Under the pieces are notes generated by a model, which saw only the letters and a program-made list of their open reading frames with translations, did no database searches and was not told where the DNA came from. A stretch of DNA of 64,000 nt from Lama guanicoe (Eukaryota): NCBI GenBank assembly GCA_013239625.1, contig MU054338.1, positions 496,001 through 560,000 on the forward strand, in the 5' to 3' direction. Below, one piece after another: positions 24,501 through 35,000 of this stretch; within the stretch, counting starts at the first letter, position 1, and every line of letters begins with the position of its first letter. A program made the position numbers and the translations under genes.

Positions 24501-27347
24501 TGCTGGGTGTGAATGGAGCGGGGAAGACGTCCACCTTCCGCTTGGTGACGGGGGACACGCTGCCCAGCGGGGGTGAGGCCACGCTGGCGGGCCACAGGTG
24601 AGCAGCCCCAGCCCAGAGCCCTCGTTCCTCCCCACCACCCTTTCCCGCGCATGGCCACTACCTCCCCAGCATGGTCCTCTCGGGCTGGCCTGAGTGCCTG
24701 ACCCCCACACCCTTGCCCATGGACTCGGCCCTCAGACACCCCGTCCTTTACCAGGGTGGCTGGGCCCTGAGACCCTTGTTTGCCCCTGCATGGCCGAGGC
24801 CTAGCCAGTTCCCTGAGCTACCTGTGCCCCCCCCCCCGTCCCCAGCGTGACCCAGGAACCAGCTGCAGCTAACCGCCGCATGGGCTACTGCCCTCAGTCT
24901 GATGCCATCTTCGAGCTGCTGACAGGCCGTGAGCACCTGGAGCTGTTTGCACGCCTGCGCGGGGTCCCCGAGGCCCAGGTTGCCCAGGTGACCACCCCCC
25001 AACAAGCCCTCCAGCCCCCACCCAACCATCTCTCCCCTGCCTCCGCCCGGATCACAGCTTATCCGCCTTCTCCTTGACCACACCCAGAGCCCAGGTCCAC
25101 CCACACCTGGTCCTCTGCCCCTGCCCTTCCCCCAGCTCTCCCCCTGCTCCTTCCCCAGCTCCTACACAGTCATTTCGGTTCACCTCCCCTTCCCACAGTC
25201 TTGCAGGCTGCATCTGCCCCCTCTCTGCTTAGGGACCCGCCCCTTTCCTCCTTGACCCTCCAGGCTCCAGCCCGCCCACTCTCACGGGACTCCCGTCCAG
25301 CTTGCGCTTCCTGGCGGTGGTGCCTTCTGTCCCTGGGCCAAGTCCTGCCTCTCCCGTACTCCGGCCCCACGCCCACGTGGCATTCCCGCTCTGTCCTCAC
25401 TCCGTATGCGCTCTGGCCCCACCCCCTTTATTTACCTTCCACACCCCCATCCTCTCCCTGGCCCCTTCCGCTCACTCTGGACCCCTGTGCTCACTCCGCC
25501 CTCACTCTGTGCCCACTTGCTCTCACTACCTTCCTGCCCAGCCCTCGCTGTGGCCCCCACCAGGCTCATCGTGGCCTCCCCCAGGCACACTCTGGCCCGT
25601 CTCACCCTGGCCCCCAACTCTCACTCTGGCCCACCGCAGACAGCAAGCTTGGGCCTGGAGCGCCTGGGGCTCCTTCAGTATGCGGACCGGCCCGCGGGCA
25701 CCTATAGCAGTGGCAACAAGCGGAAGCTGGCGACAGCCCTGGCTCTGGTGGGGGACCCGGCTGTGGTCTTTCTGGTGCGTGTGGGCGGGGCCTAGGCAGA
25801 GGAGGGGGCGGGGCCGGTGGGGCGGGGCTTAAACATCTCTCCCCTCCCAGGATGAGCCGACCACAGGCATGGACCCCAGTGCCCGGCGCTTCCTCTGGAA
25901 CAGCCTCCTGGCTGTGGTGCAGGAGGGCCGCTCCGTGGTGCTCACCTCGCACAGGTGGGCCCCAGACTGGATGCCCAGGGCTGCGGGTCCAGGTGCCCCG
26001 GCCTGGGAAGAAAGGTGGACCAGGCCCCAGCGAGAGGGTGTCAGAGCACGGGGTCACAAGGGATGGGGTGGTCCTGCCCTTGGGGGAGGGTGCCCGGCCT
26101 GATTCGGAGGACACAAGGGGTTGGTACCCGGCCCCGGAAACACAGCTGTCTGGGCCCGACAGGAACTCCCCGCGAGCACAGGGTGGTCTAGAGGTGGCGG
26201 GTGAGGATCCCGGCAGGGGCAGCACAGCACCGGGCGTGGCTGGTCCAGGCCAGGCTGGAGCTCACGGCGCTGGGCTCCTGCAGCATGGAGGAGTGTGAGG
26301 CCCTCTGCACGCGCCTCGCCGTCATGGTGAACGGGAGGTTCCGCTGCCTGGGCAGCACGCAGCACCTCAAGGGCAGGTGAGCGGGGGCAGCCCTCCAGGA
26401 CCGGGCTTGGGGCAGGTAAGCGTGGGGCTTGTAGGAGGAGCCGGAGGAGAGACCACGCGGGGCCATCTTGGCTCTGTGGGGAAGAGGCAAAAATTACGGG
26501 CTGTCCGGGAGAGATGACTGAGAGGGCGAGACTGGACCAAGATGGGGATGAGGTCTGATGGGTGAGGGTGCAAGAGGCCAGGGCAGAGGCTAAAGAGGGT
26601 CTGGCGGGTGGGCGTGGCCTGGCGAGTGGGCGGGGCGCGGCCTTATGTGGGCGGGGCCTAGGGGAAACCAAAGTTAGACAAGAAACGAGCATGCGGGTGG
26701 GGCAAGGACAAGCAGGGGTTGGGGTCACGTGTGTTGGATAGGGGTCTAGAGGAGCTGGGGATAGGGATGGGGCCAGAGGAAAGCAGGAGGGTGCTGTGGG
26801 CTGGTTGTAGGGAAGAGTGGGCTGTGGGCGGGCCTTGTAGCTCTGGCCCCGCCTCCCCCCCCCCCCCCCAGGGGCTGGCCACACGCTGACCCTGCGGGTG
26901 CCCTTGTCGCGGTCTGAGTCAGCGGCAGCCTTCGTGGCAGCGGCGTTCCCGGAGGCCGAGCTGCGGGAGGCACACGGCGGCCGCCTGCGCTTCCAGCTGC
27001 CGCCGGGAGGGCGCTGCGCCCTGGCGCGCGTCTTTGGAGAGCTGGCGGCTCACGGGGCGGAGCATGGCGTGGAGGACTTCTCTGTAAGCCAGACCACGCT
27101 AGAGGAGGTGACTGCAGCGCCAGGACTGGGCTGGGGGTAAGGGTGGGGCTGGGGGCCCTCAAGCTGACTTCCCCTCCTGTTTTCTTGGGCCACCCACCAC
27201 TAGGTATTCCTGTACTTCTCCAAGGATCAGGGGAAGGAGGAGGAGGAGGAACAGGAGGCAGAAGAGGACCCTGTGCCAGGCTGGCAGCGCCCCAAGCTCA
27301 TCACCCGGTCCCTCGATGACCCCAGCATGGCCGTGACGGTGCTCTGA
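10623..27347 (+). CDS. ABCA7: ATP-binding cassette transporter A7, 46 coding exons; about 2147 aa if 5 nt are restored, frameshifted at 26872 as assembled
   Basis: Exons 10623-10688, 10775-10868, 11059-11200, 11281-11399, 11535-11611, 11959-12039, 12270-12480, 12585-12724, 12938-13054, 13265-13432, 13603-13820, 14115-14291, 14645-14867, 15005-15226, 15318-15519, 15813-15923, 16144-16315, 16596-16727, 16830-16969, 17177-17314, 17500-17684, 17768-17831, 18169-18371, 18627-18687, 18877-18978, 19073-19227, 19455-19579, 19665-19751, 19952-20239, 20463-20495, 20612-20789, 20875-21044, 21401-21578, 21805-21920, 22212-22356, 22451-22574, 23066-23195, 23269-23389, 23464-23526, 24491-24597, 24846-24987, 25640-25774, 25851-25954, 26284-26376, 26872-27107, 27204-27347. 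Starts [14 protein letters not shown]; Walker A GHNGAGKT and GVNGAGKT; Walker B VILDEPT and VFLDEPT; C-terminal VFLYFSKDQ...TVL*. Confidence 0.96.
12515..12558. repeat. Compound microsatellite (TG)13(AG)9 in a 104-nt ABCA7 intron
   Basis: Read directly. Confidence 0.97.
22848..22983 (+). mobile_element. tRNA-derived SINE (vic-1-like) in an ABCA7 intron
   Basis: GAGGGGAGGGTACAGCTCAGTGGTAGAGTG...GGTTCAATTCC...AAATAAATAAACCTAATTA plus an A-rich tail; target-site duplication AAGAACCCAA at 22834-22843 and 22982-22991. Confidence 0.87.
23565..24200. repeat. Degenerate tandem array of an L2-tail-like unit (about TTTATTGAGCACCTACTGTGTGC)
   Basis: More than 12 diverged copies about 25-40 nt apart, e.g. 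TTTATTGAGCACTTACTG, ATTAAGCACCTACTGCATG, TTTATTGACCCCTACTGTGTG, TCAAGCACCTACTGTGT, TTTACTGAGCTCCTACTGTGT, GAGTGCCTACTGTGTG. Confidence 0.75.
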
Positions 27348-27454
27348 GCCTATCTCCTCTGTGGAGCTGGTGGGAGGCCCTGGGAGTGACAGAGGCAGGG
27401 CAGAGGGCCTGGAGCATGGACCCAGACTCCCAGAAGGGTCGCTGCTCAGGAGGA

Positions 27455-27460
27455 AATAAA
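27455..27460 (+). terminator. ABCA7 polyadenylation signal AATAAA
   Basis: Canonical hexamer about 108 nt after the stop, with GU-rich sequence downstream. Confidence 0.8.
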
Positions 27461-27936
27461 GAGAAGTCGTGGTGTAAAGCAGTGTGCACGTGTGTCCGTG
27501 CGCCAGCCTGCGTGCTTCTCCAAAGCTGGCTGTGTGCACTTGTCTGGATCCCAGGCCTGGCACCCACGTGTGTGCAGGTGTGGGCTTGTGAACACAGATG
27601 CCCTTTGTGGGATGCATGGGAGGCCCCAGCTACAGCCAACTGGACTCCCAGCTGTCAAGGCCTCTGTGCTGGGCTGGGGAACAGGGGTCTCACGTGCACG
27701 GGTGGCCTTCATAAGAGCCTGGACACTGGTCCCGGGGCCCCTACATGCCCACGTGGTTCTGGCACCTGAGGGCGGGACCTGTGAGCCGCTGGTCATAAAG
27801 TGGGCATGAGGTCAGGGCTCAGGAATGTCTCGGGCAGCTGGAGGAGCCCAGCAGCAGTGGCTCGGACCTCGGGCCTCCTGACCAGATCAGAAGCCCACCA
27901 GCTAGCCCTCATCCCCTGATCGTGGCCTCCAGAGAA

Positions 27937-28074
27937 ATGAGTGGTGGGCAAAGGATCTTTAAGGGACTTCTGCACTGGGTTTGTGGATGGACCTGGGCCT
28001 GGAGGGCTGGATTTGTCGTGAGGGGCTGTGGCCTGCATGCCCTGTGCCCCGGAGATCCTCCTCTGCCCACTGAG
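27937..28074 (+). CDS. ARHGAP45: ARHGAP45 alternative upstream first coding exon (46 aa)
   Basis: ATG in GAAATGA context, encoding MSGGQRIFKGLLHWVCGWTWAWRAGFVVRGCGLHALCPGDPPLPTE. Phase-0 donor GAG|GTCAGT is compatible with exon 2 at 30065. Resembles, from memory, the N-terminus of the longer human isoform. Confidence 0.65.
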
Positions 28075-28774
28075 GTCAGTGTGGGCCAGTGCTGGGGAGG
28101 TTGGACGGGCCGGGGTTTGGAGATGGGGGCTAGACTCCGGAAGGGGCAGGGAGGAAGACGTGGGGAGAGGAGATGGCTCAGATTAGGGGCGCTGAAGAGA
28201 AGAGATGGTCATGGGTGGGGGGCGGTGCGTGGAGGACAGAAGGAGGTGGAGAGCTGGACGCACTGCACATTGCCCCAGCTCTGGGGGCCCTGCCAGGGAG
28301 GGGAGGAGGTGGCGTGGTGGCCTCAGGTGTGTTATCAGCCCGGCTGCTGGCTAGCTGTCCAGTGGTCATGGTCGATGTGTGTCCCTGGAATATGGAATTG
28401 GGGAGGTGTGGGGAGGTGGGCTAAGACCAGTGCAGGTGTGAGGCAGAGGGGAGGTGACCCACTGTGCCCCTTGCTGCCCAGGCCCTGAGGTCTGCAGGGG
28501 GTGTCACCAGAGGAGGGCGGGCACACCCAGGAAAGGATGGGGCCTAGAGGGTGGACATCTATGTGTGGGGCATCCATTTCCTCCACGGAGCTCGGGGGCT
28601 TCTGAGCACGTGTCTGAGCCTGTCTCTGGAAGTCTGTGTCCTTCTGGTTGCATCTGGGTTGTCCGAGTGCGGGTCAGCGTCTCTGCAGTCGGCCGCAGTG
28701 CTGCCCAGTGCCTGCCCGGGGGCGCCAGTGCCAGGCTGGGGCACCTTGTCCAGCTCGCGCACGCGCAGAGCTCC

Positions 28775-28990
28775 TGAAACCGGAAGCGAGGGGGCGGGGC
28801 CTGGGACCCCACCTTCGAGCCCACTCTGCAGAGGGGCAGGCTGAGGCCGATGCTGGGGAGGGTCAGGGGCGGGTCTGCGTCACCGCCTCCGGAGGCCTTT
28901 TCCTGTTGGGGGGAAGCACCGCCAATGAGGGCTGGGCCTGTCACGTGGGCCTGACAGCTGGGGAGGGGGTGGCTCGCGGCAATGTGGTCC
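28775..28990 (+). promoter_or_regulatory. ARHGAP45 main promoter elements
   Basis: ETS CCGGAAG (about 28780), GC boxes GGGGCGGG, GCCAAT 28921-28926 and E-box CACGTG (about 28942), upstream of the ATG at 29079. Confidence 0.55.
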
Positions 28991-29078
28991 AGTGGCCACC
29001 TACACCAGGAGCTGCAGCGCTGAGACCCCCCAGCCCGGCCCACCTCGGGCCACTAGGGCCACTTGGCCTGGCCCCACC

Positions 29079-32000
29079 ATGTTCTCCAGGAAGAAGCGGG
29101 AGCTCATGAAAACCCCTTCCATCTCGAAAAAGAACCGGGCGGGAAGCCCCTGCCCGCAGCCCTCAGGGGTGAGTGAGACTCTGCTCGGAGCGGGTGGGGA
29201 CCTTGGAGCCACACCCGGGCAGCAGGGAGACAGAGGGGTACCCTATGCTCGGGGCCTGGCCGGGCAGGGGCTGGGCAGGGCCATGCTGGGGCAGCGGCGG
29301 AGGGCTCGAACCAGCTACAGCCCCCGCCGGGCCGGGCTTCAGGGGCCACGCAGGACAGGCTGGGCCCCCAGCGTTCAGCTCACGGTCAGAGCCCTTCGGG
29401 ATGGCCACTCCACCCTCCGATCCCTTCCAGGGCCAGCTGTGGGGTCCAGGGAGTGGGTGGGGCGGATGCCAGGGTGTAGGCGCCCTGGGTCTGCAACTCT
29501 GTATGGTGGGGGCTCAGGGAATCTGGGGCCTCCAGGCACTGTGAGATGTGAGGACCACTAGGTGGACGGTTTAGTGGGAGAAGAGTGAGGAAGAAGATCT
29601 CTGGGTGTAAGGCCTGGGGGTGTCTCCACAGTCGGGGGGCATCTGCAAGGCCTGGGGGAGTCCACGGGACTCAGGGGCCTCGGGAATCCAGGCGGTGTCT
29701 CTACCAGCAAGTAGGGTTGCCTGCAGTGGCGTAGCCTGAGAGGAGCCGGAGGTTGAGGACCCTCTCCTGGCCCTCCCTACCCCCCAGGAAGTGAGGTGCC
29801 CCTCCCCCGCACCCTTGCAGGCCCCGCCCCTGGCTGTGGTTTGGGCAGACCGTTGTTTGTGAAAGCTCTGGGGAAGAGGATGTTGGGTAACAGGTGTGGG
29901 AGGGGCACGACCCCAAATCTCAGCCCACTGACCTGTGGCCTTTGACCCCTGCAGGGTCAGGCTGAAGACCCTCCCGAGCCCCACTTCACTTCTGGGGAAG
30001 CTGAGGCAGGGCTAGGTGGCAAACCTACTCTACCAGCGCCCCCTCCCCTCTCCTCCCCAACCAGGAGCTGCCCAGGAGAGATGGGGCTGATGCAGTGTCC
30101 CTCGGACCCAGCCTGGAACCACCAACTGTTGCCTCAAATGCCAAGGCCACTGGCACACTCAAGAGGCCCACCAGCCTGAGCCGCCACGCCAGTGCTGCTG
30201 GCTTCCCGCTGTCTGGAGCCAGCACCTGGACGCTAGGCCGCAGCCACCGCAGCCCACTGGCAGCAGCCAGCCCGGCTGAGGTACCCATCCAGGGGCCTGG
30301 CCCCGACTCCGTGGAGGACATCTCCCACCTGCTGGCTGACGTGGCCCGCTTTGCCGAGGGCCTCGAGAAGCTGAAGGAGTGTGTTCTGCATGATGGTGAG
30401 GACCGCCAGGACACCAAGGCCTGGGTGGAAGGCAGGGCCAGACACAGATACCCCAAACCCTGTAGGGTCAAGGCAGGATAGAGGAAGGGACTTGGGGAGG
30501 CTAGAAGGAGGTTGTAGGGAGGGCTTCTTGGAAAAACCCATTGCAGAAGGGTTCTGAGGGATATATAGGAGTTTGGTGGCAACTAGGAAGGAATGGCATT
30601 GAGGCAGAGTGAATGTCACATACACAGACTCAGAAACATGAAACAGATATGAATTTGTGGGAACAAGGTTGGGGTGTATGAAGTGTGTGAGGCTGAAGGC
30701 ACTGAGACTGGCAAGCAGAAGGACCCTGGACATTAACCTGAGGGCGGTGAGGAGCCATAGAAGGTGTTAGAGCAGAGGTGGAACGAGGTGAGATCTGTGT
30801 GTTGGACTGAAACGGACTGGAGGTGGGCTTAAGTCTCAATGGAAAGAGATTCAAGAGGGACAAGGGGCAGGGCTGGCACGTAAACTGTGGGAGTGAGTGG
30901 CCTGTGGGATGGCAGTTCCGTTTTTTCCTGCACGCGTCCGCTGACAGCCCAGCTTCCTGCCGAGTTATTTTCATCTGCTTCCTGTTTGTCCCTGGCAGCC
31001 AGAGAGGGCACTGTGATCTCTCCTCCCGGAAACCGCAGTGCCAGGGCCATGGTAAACACTTTGACTTGCTCCTCCAGGTGCCCATTTTACAGATGAGGAA
31101 ACTAAGGCCCAGAGTGGGCCCCTGACTTCTAGCTCACCCAGCCAAGGAGGGGCCGGAGCCGAAATTAGACCTCAGCCTGGAGGGAGACCTCAGCTCTGCA
31201 GGCGTTAGTGGGGTGCTCTACTGATGCTACGCCTGCTGGGTGGGGAGTGGCAGCCCCTGGGCTGGAAGGTGGTGGGCGCCATAGTTGTTTCCTGGGGAAA
31301 CTCTAATCTCGGTTCCTTTCCTATCCTGGAGGTTCCTTGGAGGCCAGGCCTGGGTGGAGTTGAGCCCTTGGGCATCCTGCAGGAGGCTGGGCCAGGGCCA
31401 GATACCCTGCTTTGCATCTAGGGGCAGCCCTGGGCTGAGGGGCTGAGAGGATGTGGGTTCGAGTCCCAGTGCTGCCCCTGCTGGGCTGAGGCTCCAGACC
31501 AGCGGTCCCCTCTCTAAGCCTCAGGTGTCTTCAATGTGAAATGGGGTAATGATACACCAGGCAGGGTCGCTGACTGTAACCAGATGTCCTCTGCAATATA
31601 GTGCCTATTGTGGGGTTAGTGAGACCCATACAGCGACTTGGTGACCCCTGTGCTGTCAGCGGAGGAAGCGGGGGCAGCGGTGGGGGGAGAGTGCGCCAGG
31701 ATCCATGTGGGCGGGGCGGGGTGTCCCCGCGCCTCCTGACGTCCTGAGCCTGTTTCCCGGCCTACCCTTGGCCCGCCCCACCCTGAATCGAATTAAGGCT
31801 CCTTGAGTCTCGGACTCCTGCTCCCCAGTCCTGGGAGCTGAAAACCCCAGCCAGGGCTTGTGGGACGCTGGGGCGGAGACTTTCTCTGCGGGGGCGGGGT
31901 CTTCGGACCGGCCAGAGCCGGTTTGGCTGCGGAGGACCGAGCACCAAAGACCCTGGACCTGTGTAGGTCGTCTAGTCCGTCCTGCGCGTTCCCGGAGGTC

Positions 32001-35000
32001 CCCGCGCGCTCACAGTCGAGCCATGTGTATCTGCGGGACGGTGCACCTGGCTCTGGACCAGGGCCCCGTCTGCTGCCAGACGGGGCCCCGAGGTGAGGGG
32101 ACTGTGCGGGGTGCAGGGGTCTGGCTGCGAGCACGTGGAGCTTGGGGCATTTACCACCAGTCCATGGGGGGACACAGGGCTGCCAGGCACTTGCCTTGGC
32201 TGTGCCAAGCTGGGCATATCTGAGCTTAGCCAGAATCCCACCTGCCGTTGGCTTCGCAGGTTGGGATGCTGCGCGACCGGAGTGGCTGAGGCCCAGGCAA
32301 GAGGGGTGGGTGCGTGGAAGGAGTGTCCTGGGAAGGGGCGTGTCCTGGCCTTTTCTCTCCTGGCTTCCCTGGTTTCCTGAGGCTCCTTCCCGCCTCCTTG
32401 AGTTGGCCTTGGATTCAGGCAGCAAATTGCACCCAGGTCTGAGGCACCGGGCTGTATCTGGAGCAGGCATTCCGTGGAGGGGGTCTCCCTGTGGGTGGCA
32501 TTCAGCCAGGGGCCTCAGTGCTGCAAAGGGATCAGGCACCTCTTTTTGGGTTCCACTCTTTTGGTTTTGGTTTGGTTTTGAGCATCACCTACCAGGCACA
32601 GAGTTAGGGTCCACAGGTGTGAAAGTTATCCTCCCAACTGATGGCCAGGCTCCTCCTGGGTCTCAGAGTCTGGTCATTCCTTCCCTATCCACGCATTCCT
32701 GTGGCTTGGTTTCCACTAGATGGTGCGTGTTTTGCACACACTGTTCTGCTTGCGCACACTGCTTTTTTCCAATTAAGAACATTTGAGGAGGGCATTTAAA
32801 GCCACTTTCCAAGATGCAGATATGACCTCAACCCTCCTTCACTCTAACACCTTCTGTGGCTCCCCATTGCCCTTGAAATAAAGTCAGGCAGGATCTATCT
32901 GGCTGGCATTCTCATGCCTTCAGAGCTAGTGTAGATTTGAAAGCTGTGTGATCCTTGAGAACTGACTTCTCCACTCTGTGCCTCTTTCCTCATCTGCCAA
33001 ATGGGGGTGATGACAGTGTCTGCCCCATGGGGTGGCTGTCTGGGGAGAGTAAGATAACGAGGTGTTTAAGCCCCAGTGTCCAGGCATGCAGGGCTGGGAG
33101 AGAGCTGGACAGAGCCTTGAGGGTTTGGGGCAGGGAAGGGGCCAGGTGGGCTGCATGGAGGAGGAAGGACCAGGACTACAAATTTGAAGGCAAGCAGGAG
33201 TTTGTTTTCTGGAGGGACGAGGAAAGAATGTTCTGTGCAGGACTACGTACGCCAACGTCTATGCCTTGGTTGAGCTGGCCAGCAGTTCAGAGAGGCACAT
33301 TGCTCCCACTGAGGTCACAGGCCGAGCCTCAGACAGCTGCCCTCCCATCTCTGCCTGTCTCCCCACTTGGGGACAGGGGCTCTGAGGAGGAGGTGGGCCC
33401 CTCTCTCCCTGCTCACACCCACTCTGCCCAGCAGACCTCCTGGAGGCCCGCCGGCCACTGGCCCATGAGTGCCTGGGTGAGGCACTTCGTGTGATGTACC
33501 AGGTCATGTCCAAGTACCCGCTGCTGAACACAGTGGAGACGCTTACAGCTGCTGGCACCCTTATTGCCAAGACCAAAGGTCAGTTGGCTAGGATGGGGCA
33601 GAAATGGCTTTCTGCCTGGGAGGGCTCCCTGAAGGAGGGGATGTTTGAAGTGGGTTTTGAAGGACGCATAGGAGTCTGACAGGCCCAACAGCTCCAATGT
33701 TACCCCTTCAGTTAGTTGCACAGGTGGTTACCTCCCAGACTAGGCCAAACCCTCTTTTCCTCGTCTCTGCACTTCAGCCTTCCATTATGAGTGCAACAAC
33801 GAGTCTGACAAGCGGGAGTTTGAGAAGGCCTTAGAGACCATTGCCGTGTCCTTCAGTAGCACGTGAGCATGGGGCCAGCGACGCCGGGGTGGGGAATCGT
33901 GGGGACCTGTGTGCCTCTTGACATCTGCACCCCCCTGCCCTGCAGTGTGTCTGAGTTCCTCATGGGTGAAGTGGACAGTAGCGTCCTCCTGTCAGTGCCC
34001 CTTGGGGACCTGGGCCAGGTGAGTTGGGGTGGCCTGGAGGCTGCATGGGGTCAGGCTGGCAGGGTGGGTGAGTCACCCCAGCTCCCTCTGTGGACTGTGG
34101 CCCCCTGCTCTGTCCAGGGTTGTGGTGACTGTCTCCTGCAGGGTGGGCGTCAAACGGGCCCCGGCCCTGGCTGGACTCACCTGTTCTCCCCCTGTGCAGT
34201 CCGTGGAGAATCTGTATGGACAGGGGAGCGAGGGCGCCCCACCCAGCACCGACGACTGCGATGCGGGTGAGTCTCGGAACCACAGAGCGGGTGGCACACG
34301 CTCAAGTGGTGGGCCGAGCGGCGGAGGACTCGGGCAGAGGCTGGGAGGAAAGGTGGGCTGAGGGGCAGCCCGGGCTGAGCAGACCCCCCACAGGCTGCCT
34401 GCCCCCGGAGGAGGTGGACGTGCTGCTGCAGCGCTGTGAGGGCGGCGTGGACGCAGCGCTGCAGTATGCCAAGAACATGGCCAAGTACATGAAGGACCTC
34501 ACTGGCTACCTGGAGAAGCGTATGGCACTGGGTGCGAGCCAGACAGGGTTGGGGTGGGGGTCTGGCTGGGGGGCCCCGCCCCGCCCCCCCCCCGCACTCA
34601 CACCTCTCCCTGCCTGCAGAGATGGACTTTGCCAAAGGCCTGCAGAAGATCGTGCACCACTGTAGGCAGAATGTCATGCAGGAGGTGGGGGCCCCTGGGT
34701 ACCGGGCAGGGTCCCTCAGGCTGGGTGTGAGTCTAGGCCCCTCCAAGAAGGGCTGAAGGAAAGGGACTTCCTGTCTACACTACAGTAGCTGAGATGGCAG
34801 GGCTTCCACGAGGGCGTGGGGTGCTGGGGCCCCCTCCCGTCCCACCCCTGTGACCGCCACCCTCTGCCCCCGCCGCAGCCCCACATGCCCCTCCTGTCCA
34901 TCTACTCGCTGGCGCTGGAGCAGGACCTGGAGCTTGGCCACGGCATGGTGCAGGCAGCGGGCACGCTGCAGACCCAGACCTTCATGCAGGTGGGCTGCAC

